DNA of 64,000 nucleotides from Dictyostelium discoideum (Eukaryota): NCBI GenBank assembly GCA_000004695.1, contig CM000154.2, positions 4,256,001 to 4,320,000 of the forward strand, read 5' to 3'. Shown piece by piece: positions 13,452 to 26,519 of this stretch (position 1 is its first letter; each line of letters starts with the position of its first letter). The notes under the pieces were generated by a model. It saw only the letters and a program-made list of their open reading frames with translations, ran no database searches and was not told where the DNA came from. The position numbers and the translations under genes were made by a program.

Positions 13452-15689
13452 ATGAGAGAATATTCAGATATTATTAATAGTGGTGTAAATAGAGGTGATA
13501 GATTACTTCATAATTTTTTCAACTCAATAAATTATCAATCAAATTATATGGTTGATAGAGTTGAAAGAGCTTTTGGTGGTAGTAAATTAGCTGGTGACGT
13601 TTTCAAGATTACTGCTGGTGTTGGTTTACCATTAGCTTTAGGTTATGGAATTCATCGTTACATTTCTCAAAGACCAAAATTAAAAGAAAAAATTCCATGG
13701 GGTCAATTAAGAAATGGTGGTAATGTTATCTCTCGTGTTTTAAATAATCATAATATTAAGTAAATATTTTATTTTATATTTTTTTTTATTATTTTTTTTT
13801 TCTATTTATTAATTTTTTTTTTTTTTCATCATTATTATTTATTTTTTTATAGGTTTGCATTTTCATTAAGTGAATTACAAGATATTAAAACAATTAATGA
13901 ATGCAGTTTAGAAAATAAAATGAAAGTTATTCAAATGAAAAATTATAATAATGCAATTGTTGCTGCTGGTGGTGTTTTTAGAATGACTGGTCAAATCGGT
14001 GTAGTTTTTGTAAATGGTGGTCCAGAAATTATTTCAATGATTAATGGTATAGTAAATGCAAAAGTTGATAACATTCCATTAGTTGTTATTGCAATTAATC
14101 CAATTATTGGTGAACAAGATTTTGTAAGTATTTAATTTAATTGTTTTCAAAAAAAAAAAAAAAAAAAAATTAACTAATTATTATATTTTATTTATTATTT
14201 TTAAAAGGATAAAAAATTATTAAATAATTATTTTAAATATATTACTGAAGTAACAAATATTAATGAAATTTCACAAGTATTAGAAGATTCATTTGCAAAA
14301 TCAGTAGAGAGTGAAAATTCAAGTTCAGTTTTAATTGAAATTTCACAATCATTATTATTACCAGAAGAGGAAACTAAAGAATATTTAGAGAATTTCCAAA
14401 AATCAAGATGGTATATTAATAAACTTTGGGATGAAATTAGTGGTAGAACATTTAAATATCCATCTGAAACCACTGAAATTAGTTTCCATTATCCAAGATT
14501 ACGTATGGTTGAAAGTCCAAAGAATAAACATGTTGAAAATGTTATGAATCATTTGGTAAATGCAAAATATCCAATTTTAGTAATTGGTGATCAATGTTTA
14601 GTATCAAACAATATTAATAATAAAGATTTAAATTTGGAAAGTTTGAAATTATCCATTCAATTATTAGGTGTGCCAACATTTTTAAACGGATTTTCAAAAT
14701 GTCTTGGAACAATGGGTATTAATAACATTGTTAATGATAGTATGGAATATGCATTGGGACGTTGTGATCTTTTAATTAGTATGGGTATTTCATCACCAAG
14801 TTTCATCAATGATTTAAATATCGATACATTGAAAACCAAGGTTTATTCTATTATGGAATTCTCACAACCAGCTAGTTTTTCAAATAAATTTGGTTTTGAT
14901 CTCGTTGAAAGACATGCTTGTGATCCAAGTGCATTCTTATTACATCTAGGTTTTATTTTCCCAAAATCTCATTCAAACAAATGGAATAAATGGTTATATG
15001 ATTTACAAGAGAAAGATTCAATTGGTTTATTAATAAATGAAAAGAAATCTGATATTAAAGTTGACAATGTTAATCCATTTATGTTGATTAGATCATTGAA
15101 AGATACATTCAAAAGATTGGAAAAACCACCAGTAATCGTTAGTGATAAAGGTGAATTTTGTGATGTTGCAAACACAACTTTGGGTGGAAGCGTACTTTCA
15201 TTAATTCAACCAAGTAAATTCTCCTCTCACAGTAGTTCAATTGGTTTGGCAATCGCTTCAAAGCTATGTTTCCCTGAAACTGATGTTTACATGTTAACTG
15301 ATAACATTTCAATTATTAACTGTGTTCAAGAATTTGGTACTCTATCATACTACCGTTTACCAATTAATATCATTGTTGCTAATAATGAAAAACATTCAAT
15401 CATTAATCCATTAGGTCGTGATATTGTAAACTTACAAAACCAACAACCAAAGAATTTAATGGATAATCAATCAAAGAATCATGAAGCTCCAAGAACTGCT
15501 TTCCATAAGATTATGAACGCCTATGGTGGTAATGGTTTTATTATTAATAAAGATCATGGTTCAAAAGATGATATTGAAAATATCATTTTAGATGGTCGTG
15601 AAAAATCAATTAATACTCATCGTCCAGTTTTGTTCAATATTTGGACTGATATTCCAAAACAAAGTGGTATTGGTGGTGGTGCAATGTAG
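13452..15689 (+). CDS. Thiamine-pyrophosphate-dependent enzyme of the acetolactate-synthase-like / 2-hydroxyacyl-CoA lyase (ILVBL/HACL) family, with an N-terminal hydrophobic segment.
   Basis: Exons 13452-13759, 13853-14123 and 14208-15689. Donors are GTAAAT at 13760 and GTAAGT at 14124; phases are consistent. TPP pyrimidine-binding N-domain AIVAAGGVFRMTGQIGVVFVNGGPEIISMINGIVNAKVDNIPLVVI. Central domain YPILVIGDQC. C-terminal TPP-binding region SSIGLAIASKL...LTDNISIINCVQEFGTL. Exon 1 carries a putative TM helix VFKITAGVGLPLALGYGI, as in ER-anchored ILVBL. Confidence 0.55.
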
Positions 15690-16353
15690 ATCCAATTTTT
15701 TTTAAAAAAATCAAATAATTTTTAAATAAAGTTTTTTATATATTTTTTTTTATTATCATTTTAATTTTTATTACGTTTTGTTCTTTTTTTTTTTTTTTTG
15801 TAAGATATAATAATATTAGTGGAGTAAAAAAAAACCTTGTGATATTGGTATATATCATTTAAAAAAAAAAAAGAATGACCATTTCATCTGGGTGTAGGTT
15901 ATTTCGAAACACAACTATCCCTAAACACCAATTTTATTTTTCACATAATACTCTTTTTTTTCAAAATTTAAAATATATAAAAGAAAATAAAAACAAAATT
16001 ATAAAAATCTTTAGGTTTAGGTTTTTTTTTTTTTTGGTAAAATGTTTTTTTTTTATTTAAAATCATTTAAACGATCAGAGGCCTCAGAAAAGGAAAGCGA
16101 AATCAAAGAAACCTAAATTTTTTTTTTTAAAAAAAAATATTAATACATTGAGTTGAAACAAATAAATTATTATTGTTTTTGTATGTTTTTAGGTTGGGTT
16201 GAATTAAATCATAAATGCGAATAAATAAATTTTTTTCGTCACTATAATTAAGAGAGATTCCCATAAGTTTTTTTAATCATCTAAAAGCAACCCCACCACA
16301 TAAATGAAAGTGTATTTAAAATTTATTACTTACTTTTTGGTTGGCTTTGGTTG

Positions 16354-16391
<38 letters not shown>

Positions 16392-16850
16392 GCGATCGAA
16401 AAAAAAAAAAAGAAAAAAAAATTGAAAAATTAAAAAAAAAAGTAAAAAAAAAAAACACAACGTTTTTTAATCTTCAAGAAACGTTTTAAAAATTAAAAAA
16501 ATTTTTTTTCAAAAAAACATTTTTTTTTTGCGCCAACTCTTTTTTAAAATTTTATTTATTTTTAATACAAATAAAACACCCAAAAGTACAAAATAATATA
16601 ATTCATTTTTTGAAATTGTTTTTTTATTTTAAAGAAAAATAAAGGTTTGAAAAAAAAAAAATAAAAAAAAAAATTGATTTGGTTTATTTTTTTATTTGAT
16701 ATTTTCTTTGCTGTGAATAAATAAAAAAAAAAGTTTCCAATATTTTGGTCAAATCCAGAACATTTTAAAACACTCGATTTTTATTTTTTATTTTATTTAT
16801 TTTCTGAATAATGCCATTTTTAATTTCTGATTGTTTTATTGATTAGAAAA

Positions 16851-16852
<2 letters not shown>

Positions 16853-16902
<50 letters not shown>
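16853..16902. repeat. Poly(dA) homopolymer of about 50 nt.
   Basis: Uninterrupted A-run immediately 3' of paralog A. Similar 40-53 nt A/T runs at 25741-25777, 26331-26383, 57362-57403, 57709-57754 and 58105-58146. Confidence 0.8.
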
Positions 16903-16905
<3 letters not shown>

Positions 16906-16923
16906 AATCCAGTAATAAAATTT

Positions 16924-18935
16924 CTATATTTCTTTAATAATTTCTACAGATTCATCTAATTTACAAATATCTAATGATTGATTAAAATTATATTGTAAAA
17001 TAATTTTTGGTATATGTTTGGGTATTGATCCTTCAATTAGTGGTGTATTCATTTCTCCTAATGTTAATTGCTTTATTGAATTTGGAATGATTCCTGGTGT
17101 TAGTTGATGTTTGAATCCTCCATAAATACTGAGATATGTTACAGAATTTGGTATTGAATTTATTTCTAATGATTGTTTAGTACCATTTAAATATAAGAAT
17201 TTCGCTCCATCACTAATTATACCTGGTGTTATTAATTGATCGAAAACATCATTGAAATGTAAATTAGTGACTGATTTAGGAATTGATCCAACAACTAATG
17301 GTGATTTAATATTATAGAAGTATAAATATTTTACACTTTCTGGTATAATACCTGGTGAGAGTAATTGTTTAAAACCATCATTAAACGTAATTGATTCAAC
17401 TGAATTTGGAATTGAACCAATCTTTAATTCACTTTTAATATTATTTAAACTTAACTCTTGTATACCTTCAGGTATCAAAGAAATGGTACCGATTGATAAT
17501 GGTTGATTAAATCCATTTTGTAAACAAAGATAAGATACAGTTTTAGGAATTGATCCAATCTCTAATGAATGTTTGATATCTCTTAAATTCAAATATCTGA
17601 CGCTCGAGGGAATAATACCTGGTTCTAGTGATTGGGAAAATCCATCACAAACATGCAAATGATTTACAGAATTAGGAATTGAACCAATCTTTAATGGCTT
17701 TTTAATGTCGTGTAGATATAAATATTTAGCCCTCGAAGGAATAATACCAGCTTCAATTGATTGATTAAATCCATCATGAAATGATAACCACCCAACACGT
17801 GATGGTATTGATCCAATTACCAAGGGTGTTTTAATATCATATATATCTAAATATTCAATACCAAGTGGTAATACACCTGGTTCTAAACTTTCTTTAAATC
17901 CATCTAATAATATTACATGCCAAAAATTTTTATTTGATTTAAGTTTTAATAAACTACCGCACTCTTCTCCAAGTGCAATTTTAACATCATCTTTTGGTAA
18001 TTCACTGTTCTCTGAATATAAATAATACTTTTCACCACTACCAAATTCTATTTTTAAAATAAAATGTTAATATACTTTTATTATTTACATATATACTTGT
18101 AATTAAACATACTTTTTATAAATTTATAATTATTTTCATCAGTTTCAATCTTAAATTTTTCATTTAATTCATTATTATTTTTATTATAATTATTATTATA
18201 ATTATTATTATTATTATTATAATTATTATTAATAAGTTCATATATTGATTCTAAATTATTTTTAATTTCATCAATTATTTGATTATTGAATTTAATGATT
18301 TGATTATTATATTCTTTTAATTTATTTTGATTATTGATATTTATATTATTTTTTAATAACAATAATGATTGTTGATATTGTTTAATTAGTTCAATTGTAT
18401 CAGTACCTTTATGATAACCAATAATATCTTCATCACCATAATCATAATCATTATAATTTTGTTGAATATTTTTTATTGAATTGTTTAATTTATCAATCAT
18501 TGGGTTATTATTATATTTATTACTATTATTATCAATATTGATTGAGGAGGTAATAGTTGCATTTATTAATGTATTTTCTTGGAAAATTGTTTCTAATTGT
18601 TTTTCGATATCTAATTCAAGTATTGAGAGTATGTGATGAAGTTTTTTAAATTCATCTTTAAGTAATTTTTTATTTTCATCATTTTGTAATTGAATTTCAT
18701 TGAAAATTTCATTGGAATCTTTTAATGTTTGTTTATTATCTCCAATTCTTTCAAGTAATTTCGGGTAAACATCGTCTTTAAAATTATTCATCATTGAAAG
18801 AATGTTTGATATTGATATTGGTTCTAATCCATGACGATGATGAGAACCATTACTGGATGCACATAAAATACAACATGGTATTAATTTACAATCTAAACAT
18901 AAAAGTTCAACATTTTTACTTGGATGGATTGAACA

Positions 18936-18986
<51 letters not shown>

Positions 18987-19001
18987 TGTTAATGATATCA
19001 T
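16924..19001 (-). CDS. Copy A of the tandem family: B-box zinc finger / coiled-coil / poly-Asn / FNIP-repeat protein (about 670 aa), apparently intact.
   Basis: Exon 1 is 19001-18113: poly-N, Cys/His B-box-like finger [39 protein letters not shown], coiled-coil region. The minus-sense donor is GTATGT. A 65-nt intron spans 18112-18048. Exon 2 is 18047-16924 and encodes about 14 FNIP repeats (GSIPxSVxxLxFxxGFNQxLxPGIIPxSVKYL). The FNIP frame opens exactly at the acceptor, downstream of an in-frame TAA. Confidence 0.6.
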
Positions 19002-19075
19002 AATATAAATTAAAAGGTCTGATAGTTTTTTTTATTGTTCAAATGAAGTTATTATTGATTTTTGATGGTGAAAAA
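19002..19075 (-). promoter_or_regulatory. Conserved 5' leader/promoter module of the B-box/FNIP paralogs. Minus-sense core: TTTCACCATCAAAAATCAATAATAACTTCATTTGAACAATAAAAAAAACTATCAGACCTTTT.
   Basis: The same roughly 70-bp block sits immediately upstream of every paralog ATG: 28283-28330, 30166-30230, 34535-34600, 38267-38330. An orphan copy lies at 25590-25660. Confidence 0.3.
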
Positions 19076-19355
19076 AATGAAAAAAAAAAAAAAAAAATGA
19101 AAAAAAAAATTATTATCTTAAATATTTGGGTGTTTTATTTTAAATTTTCAATCTTCCCACATCCACAATTTATTTTTTTTTTAATTAAAAAAAAGTTAAA
19201 AACAATAATTTAAAAATAGAAAAAGATAAAAAAAAAAAAAAAAAATTAAAAAAAAATAAAAAATAAAAAACCTAATACAGTAAAATATTTTAATTCTATT
19301 TCTATTTCTAATTTTATTTAATAATTTCTACAGATTTATCTAATTTACAAATATC

Positions 19356-20934
19356 TTATGATTGATTAAAATTTTTTTGTAAAATAATTTTTGGTATATT
19401 TTTGGGTATTGATCCTTCTATTAGTTGTGTATTCATTATTCCTAGTGTAAATTGCTTTTTTGAATTTGGAATGATTCCTGGTGTTAGTTGATGTTTGAAT
19501 CCTTTATAAATACTGAGATTTGTTACAGAATTTGGTATTGAATTTATTTCTAATGATTGCATAGTATCATTTAAATATAAGAATTTCACTCCATCACTAA
19601 TTATACCTGGTGTTATTAATTGATCGAAACCATTTTCGAACCATAAATCAGTGACTGATTTAGGAATTGATCCAACGACAAATGGTATTTTAATATTATA
19701 GAACAATAATTTTTTTTCACTTTCTGGTATAATACCTGGTGGGAGTAATTGGTTAAAACCATTATTAAATGAAATGGATTCAACTGAATTAGGAATTGAC
19801 CCAATTTGTAAATTTAAATTAATTCCATTATAAAATTATAATAATATAACGCCATTTGGAATTGAACCAACCTTTAATTCACTTTTAATATATAAACTTA
19901 ATGTTGTATACCTCCAGGTATCAAAGAAATGGTTTCGATTGATAATGGTTGATTAAATCCATCTTCTAAGCAAAGATTATCAACAGTTTTTGGAATTGAT
20001 CCAATCTCTAATGAATGTTTGATATCTCTTAAATATAAATATTTGACACTTGAGGGAATAATACCTGGTTCTAATGATTGGGAAAATCCATCACAAAAAC
20101 CCAAACTATTTACAGTATTAGAAATTGAACCAATCTTTAATGGCTTTTTAATGTAGAATTAAAATTCCAACACTAGAAGGAATAATACCATCTCCAATTG
20201 ATTGATTAAATCCATCATGAAATGTAACCACCCAACACTTGATGGTATTGATCCTTTTACTAATGGTGTTTTAATATCACATATCACTAAATATTCAACA
20301 CCAAGTGGTAATACCCCTGGTTCTAAACTTTCTTTAAATCCATCTAATAATATTACATCCTTTATATTTTCATTTGATTTGAGTTTTAATAAACTACCAC
20401 AATCTTCTCCAAGTGCAATTTTAACATTATTTTTTGGTAATTCACTGTTCTCTGAATATAAATAATACTTTCCAATACCAATTTCTATTTTTAAAATAAA
20501 ATGTTAATATACTTTTATTATTTACATATATACTTGTAATTAAACATACTTTTTATAAATTTATAATTATTTTCATCAATTTCAATCTTAAATTTTTCAT
20601 TTAATTTACTATTATTATTATTTTTATAATTATTATTATTATTATTATTATTATTATTTAGTTCATAAATTAATTTTAAATTATTTTTAATATCATCAAT
20701 TATTTGATTATTGAATTTAATGATTTGATTATTATATTCTTTTAATTTATTTTGATTATTGATATTTATATTATTTTTTAATAATAATAATGATTGTTGA
20801 TATTGTTTAATAAGTTCAATTGTATCAGTACCTTTATAATAACCTATAATATCTTCATCACCATAATCATAATCATCATAATTTTGTTGAATACTATTAA
20901 TATTTTTTATTGAAATATTTAATTTATCAATCAT
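19356..20934 (-). pseudogene. Copy B: 5'-truncated, frameshifted B-box/FNIP paralog.
   Basis: The FNIP region 19356-20470 is broken into several short ORFs with frameshifts. The upstream exon retains only the coiled-coil half ([13 protein letters not shown]...KYICK). The zinc-finger part is replaced by an (ATT)n tract. Confidence 0.5.
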
Positions 20935-20937
20935 TGA

Positions 20938-21035
<98 letters not shown>

Positions 21036-21047
21036 TATTGTCACCAA
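20935..21047. repeat. (ATT)n microsatellite of about 110 bp.
   Basis: Perfect ATT trinucleotide run at the 5' truncation point of copy B. Confidence 0.8.
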
Positions 21048-21975
21048 TTAAATCTGTAACATCTGCACCTTCAATTCACTATACACCAGTAAATGATAAT
21101 AATCAACAACCTCAACTACCATCACAACCCAATGAAGAATTTCAATTTACTGTACCAACTACTCCAAGTGATAAAAAGAAGAAAAGGGGTAGTTTTTCAA
21201 GTAAATTAAAAAGATTAAGTATAACATTTTCCAAAGATTAAAAATTTTTAAATTTTACTTTTTTTCTTTATAGAAAAATCTATCATTTAAATATCAAAAT
21301 AAAAAAAATCTATCACAATCTATAATCAAATCTTTTTTTTTTTTTTTTTTTTTTTTTTTTGATTTTTTGGTGTTTTGAAGATATTTTTTATTTAAAATTA
21401 ATAATTATTTTTTAAAAAAAGGTAGAAAGATAAAAAAACAAAAAGGTTTGGATAAATTATTTAGTGAGAGGCTTCAAATATAATAAATAAAAAATAAATA
21501 TAAAAAATTAATTTTTGGGTCTGAGGTTGAAGTCACACAATTTTTAATTTTTTTATTTTAATTATTTATTATTTTAAATCAATTTTCAAAAATACTGTTT
21601 TTAAGATTGGCATTTTTTAGTGTTTTGAAGATATCTTTTTTTCGATAATTAGTTTTTTAAATTTTTTTATTTTTTTTATTTTTTTTTTTTTTATTTTAAA
21701 GATTCGCACATTCACCAATTAAAAAACACAAACCCTAAAAAATGTAATGAGTGAAAGATAACACTCCATTTTGACACCTGCTTGTGTTGAATTGAACAAA
21801 GATCTAAATCATGGGTTAAAAAAAAAAATAAAAAAAAAATAATAATAATAGACTTAAAAAAAAAAAATATAAATACTTTAAAACTTTTTTTTTTTTTTTC
21901 ATTCCCAAAAATAAATTAAATAACTTTTAAAACAAATAATTTAAATAAAAAAATAAAAAAATAAAAAATAAAAAA

Positions 21976-24282
21976 ATGATTAATATTGAAGATATTTCAA
22001 AATCTTCAAACCAAAGTGAAGAAAAACAATTAAAAAGTACAAGTTCAAAACCAAAATACTCATTCGCAGCAAAAAGTTTATTCAAAGGTTCAAATAATAT
22101 TACACCATATTATTTATCAACCAGTAATACATTCCAATGTGTAGCATCTGAGTCAATTCAAACATGGCTTCTTTCGGATGATGGTCATATCTTTACATCC
22201 AGTGGTAATTTTGTTTTAGATGTTTCATCAGGTGGTTATTTTGTTGAATTAGTACAACTTAATTCAAATTCAAAAACTCAAATTTGGACAATTGATACAA
22301 CAAATAATAAAATTCAAAACCAAGGTAATGGTAATTACCTTGATATCGACTGTTTCAATATTTGTGTTGCACCTTTAAATGGAAACGCAACTCAACAATG
22401 GACAACTTTTAGAAGAGCACCAATTCCAACTGGTAATTGGGGCTACTTTCAAAGTGAACAATTGGGTTCAAATAATTATTGGGGTTTAAGTGTATTAAAT
22501 AATAGTACATCATATAATACTAGTGTAGTAATGAATAAAGTTCAAGCAAAATCAAAAGGTCAAATTTGGCAAATGACAAGCGATGGTCACATTTTATCAC
22601 GTTTGGATGGTAATTTAGTATTAGATATTGGTCCATCAATTAATGGTAGTACAACAAACTATTATTTAAATACCAATGTTTACAAAGCAAATGATCTAAT
22701 GCAACAATGGGGTATCAACGAAAATAATCAAATATTCAATCAATATTATCCAAATTTATGTATTGGATTCGTTGGTCAACTTGGAGTTGATTCAACTGTT
22801 AATTGTGTATTAGCTCAACCAAGTAGTGCTTGTGATACTTGTTTCCAATGGATTGCAAATCCAACCTATTCATTAAACCAAATTGTTAGTGAAGTACCAG
22901 AACCATTTCCAGCTTACACAAGTGGTGATTTATTAGCATCATATCAATACCTTAGTAATGATGCAACTTCTAATTTTACTGATGATATTAGATCACTTTA
23001 TACAGGAATCAATGTTAGTTTACAATCCTTTTTAAGTATTGTCACCAATGCAACTTGTCCATCATCAATTCATTCAACTGAAGATTTTTCAAATGTTCAA
23101 AATCAAATCAAAACTGAACTCATCTATGCAATCGATGTCCGTTTAGTATTTGAAAACTATTCTGGTTTTTATAGTAAATTATTTAGTCAAGGTAGTTCAA
23201 ATTTAACAAATTTAGCAAATTTAATTAATGTTGATATGTCATCTAATCAAATGGTTAATGCAAATTATACTGATGCAATTACTAGTATTTTTTATTCACT
23301 TATTTCAGAGATTCCAGTAGGTGGTTCAATAATTGCAAACATTGGTCAATCAGCAGTAGAATTTGGTGAATTAATGTCTCAAAGTAATTATCAAGGTGCA
23401 TCAACCTATCAAGTTGAATTAAGTCAACTCTACACTCATTTAAATACAAACTATGAAAATGAAATGGCAAATGCTCAAAGTATGAAGGATACCATTTTAC
23501 AAGATTGGGGTATGATGAGTAAAACTTATGCATTATGTTTCTTACCAACCAATGATCCTTCCTCTCTCAATATGAATGGGTTAGACTTTGAAAAAATTTC
23601 AGATGTTGCATCTGTAGCTTACGAAATTGCAATGATTCAAATGTTATTACCAACTACTTATCAAATTTACTTTACATCAGCTGGTTATTGGGTACCATAT
23701 TCAGATGGTGATTTCGCTTATAGTGATAACTCTGGAACCTATATTATGGCCACTATCAAGTATAGTAATTCTTATCCTCCAAAGGAATTGACTGATAAGT
23801 TATGGAATAATGGGGTTTCAAAACAAGAATTTTTCTTGTCAGCTTATGGTTGGAATTTAGCTACCTCGCTCACCTACTACAATACTACTAACCAGTATAG
23901 TAATATCTTTAAATTAGCCTTTCCAACAATTAAAAATTTTACAGGAGTACCAATGCAATTTGTAATGACCAATGATGGTGATAATCTTGGTAATTTCACA
24001 GTCAAAACTCATTTTGCAAAATTCTTTTCAACATATTACAGTGTTGGAGATCTTGGTCATCATTATTTCGACATTGCTGTAACTGATATTAACAAAAACA
24101 AGGTTGCAAATTTCACAGTTGACATTAAATTAAAAGCTCTCGAAGGTAGTTATGTTTCAATCAAAACTGGTTCATTAGTTGTTCAGCCAGGTTATGCTGT
24201 TGGTAATCCAATTTGTAATCAAGGTAGTTATTCTCTAATGTTTTCTGCTTCAATTTTAATTCCAATTTATAAATCAGAATAA
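21976..24282 (+). CDS. Ricin-B-type (beta-trefoil, QxW) lectin-domain protein with a large Ser/Thr/Asn/Tyr-rich C-terminal domain of unknown function; candidate lectin-toxin-like protein.
   Basis: Single 768-aa ORF. Repeated QxW beta-trefoil motifs in the first about 250 aa (TQIWTID, QQWTTF, GQIWQMT, QQWGIN) with GxxxLD spacing typical of ricin B lectin. The C-terminal about 500 aa matched no family by eye. Confidence 0.5.
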   Translation: MINIEDISKSSNQSEEKQLKSTSSKPKYSFAAKSLFKGSNNITPYYLSTSNTFQCVASESIQTWLLSDDGHIFTSSGNFVLDVSSGGYFVELVQLNSNSKTQIWTIDTTNNKIQNQGNGNYLDIDCFNICVAPLNGNATQQWTTFRRAPIPTGNWGYFQSEQLGSNNYWGLSVLNNSTSYNTSVVMNKVQAKSKGQIWQMTSDGHILSRLDGNLVLDIGPSINGSTTNYYLNTNVYKANDLMQQWGINENNQIFNQYYPNLCIGFVGQLGVDSTVNCVLAQPSSACDTCFQWIANPTYSLNQIVSEVPEPFPAYTSGDLLASYQYLSNDATSNFTDDIRSLYTGINVSLQSFLSIVTNATCPSSIHSTEDFSNVQNQIKTELIYAIDVRLVFENYSGFYSKLFSQGSSNLTNLANLINVDMSSNQMVNANYTDAITSIFYSLISEIPVGGSIIANIGQSAVEFGELMSQSNYQGASTYQVELSQLYTHLNTNYENEMANAQSMKDTILQDWGMMSKTYALCFLPTNDPSSLNMNGLDFEKISDVASVAYEIAMIQMLLPTTYQIYFTSAGYWVPYSDGDFAYSDNSGTYIMATIKYSNSYPPKELTDKLWNNGVSKQEFFLSAYGWNLATSLTYYNTTNQYSNIFKLAFPTIKNFTGVPMQFVMTNDGDNLGNFTVKTHFAKFFSTYYSVGDLGHHYFDIAVTDINKNKVANFTVDIKLKALEGSYVSIKTGSLVVQPGYAVGNPICNQGSYSLMFSASILIPIYKSE

Positions 24283-24399
24283 AAAAATAAAATCATCAGA
24301 ATATAAAAACCAATTTATATTCTTATCAATTATTAAAAATTAAAAATAAAATAAAATAAAATAAAATAAAATCCTTAATCGACTATAAAAAAAAAATTG

Positions 24400-24780
24400 T
24401 TGGATGGTGAAAAGAAAATGATCCCCAATAATAAACTAGTAGTAAATAGTTGAGTTATTATTTATTATTTATTTTTTATATTTTTTTTAAAAATGATTTA
24501 ATTGAAAAGGAAATTCTATGGGTTTGTAAAGTTCCACTGCCATGATGAACATTGAAACCCACAACATTGCATTCTAATAATGAATCATGTTAGCACCAGT
24601 ATCAATATTATTGATTATTTGAAGTGAGTTGTTGAGTTTGGCCTAATCATAAACCAGGTACACATAGTTTATCAGTGAAGGAGGCGTTTGGATGATTGAT
24701 TGTGTTGTTGGTTGAGATGAATCGAAAAGATTACCTTAGTAGCTGATAGAGGTGTTGAACTATTACTACTATATATTATT

Positions 24781-24846
<66 letters not shown>

Positions 24847-25570
24847 GCATTATTTACCAAGTATAAATCCTTTTGAATTGAATTAATAGTCTCATTGCTC
24901 CACGATAATTGGCAGTAGAAGTGGCGATTGACTACTATAATCAGAATCCTAAATTTTTTGTCTTGAAATAGGTGGTGTTGTTGCTTGTGTTTCTGTTACA
25001 AATAAATTTGTAATAATTAGAACAAAGGAAATTACCACCAATATCAATAGCCTTGAGAAGGTGGATCACTAGTTCTACATAATTGATGAATGGAATAACA
25101 AGTATGAGTACGGGTATACCCAGAACGACTAACAGAATCAACGGCGGAACAAACTTTTTGTTTTAGTTTACATCGTGGACAACCATAGCATTACGAATGT
25201 AGAACTATGGTGGATTATTAAAGATATCAAACAATGGATGTCTTGCAGGGTATACGTTGATACAACTGAAGTGACTTGGATACGATCAGGTTTCTCCAAA
25301 CAAATCCAATGATAGATTGCGATGTTTTAAATTTATTCTTCATATAAACCATATGGTTGAAAAGATTGTTACAGATTTACCACCTGTGATAACAATGGGT
25401 TGCATCAATCAACTTCAGAGCGTAGATTTCATGAATTCTCTGGCTTGTTGAGATTTTGTCTCATTTTCTTTTTCAGAGTTACCATTTACTGGCTAGATTC
25501 GAAGAGTAAGAATTGATTCATGAGCTGCAATTGTTTCGATTGTGATGCTGGTGATTTGATATTGTTGTTG
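24400..25570. other. GC-richer (about 40%) non-coding block, six-frame closed; possible degenerate transposon or pseudogene remnant.
   Basis: Composition shifts sharply from the flanking roughly 15-20% GC DNA. No ORF longer than 70 aa. It contains a (TTG)22 microsatellite. An orphan paralog leader (25590-25660) abuts its right end. Confidence 0.35.
24783..24847. repeat. (TTG)n microsatellite, about 22 units.
   Basis: Perfect trinucleotide run inside the GC-rich block. Confidence 0.8.
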
Positions 25571-25734
25571 ATGTTGTAGTTGATGTTGAAAAAAATAATT
25601 TTTTCTATTGCTCAAATGAAGTTATTATTGGTTTTATGGTGGGAAAAAAAATAAAAAAAATGTTAAAAAAAAATTATTTTTTTCAAATTTAATTATTTTT
25701 ACAACTTAATTTTTTTAATAATTATAAAAAATAG

Positions 25735-25780
<46 letters not shown>

Positions 25781-26327
25781 AAATTAATTAGCAGCATCAA
25801 ACATTAATCGGTGCACAACAATTTTTATTTTTACACATCAAATCTCACCTATATTATTTCAATATCTCACATAAAAATTTATAATTTAAATTGATCTTAG
25901 ATTATATGATAAAAAAAATCATCAAATTTAATTTTTTTTTTTTTTTTTGATGAATTAAATTTCATTAATTTAGTAATAGTAGTTTTTGGTTCTTCATATC
26001 CAAATATAATTTTATTTTTATATTCTTAAATAATTTATTAGAATAAAAAAGATTTTTTTTATTTTTTATTTTTTATTTTTTTTTGAAAGATATTTATGGT
26101 TGTGTTCAATTTTAAATTTGTAATCTACAAATTAAAAATAGTAATCCAAAAAAGAAAAAGAAAAAAAAAAAAGAAGATATTTACTTTTTTGATCAAAAAA
26201 AAAAAAACTAATTTCTTTAATCAATAAAACATTAACAATTTTTTACTTATAAAAATTTCCTATTATATTTTTTTTTTTCTCCATAAAAAATTTACTGTTA
26301 TAAATAGTTTATCTGGATTATTAAAAT

Positions 26328-26384
<57 letters not shown>

Positions 26385-26519
26385 GTGATTAACAATTAAA
26401 TATTAAATTAAATTTCATCATCAGTTAGGAATAGTAGTTTTTGTTCTTCAAATTCAAAAATTTAATTTTATTCTTATTTTTTTATTTTTTTTTTTGAAAA
26501 TTTTATAACAAATAATGTC

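Noticed and set aside
21038-21241. 67-aa ORF (+) next to the (ATT)n tract.
   Set aside because: It is short with no start context and abuts a microsatellite and the truncated 5' end of pseudogene B. It is more likely residual sequence than a gene.
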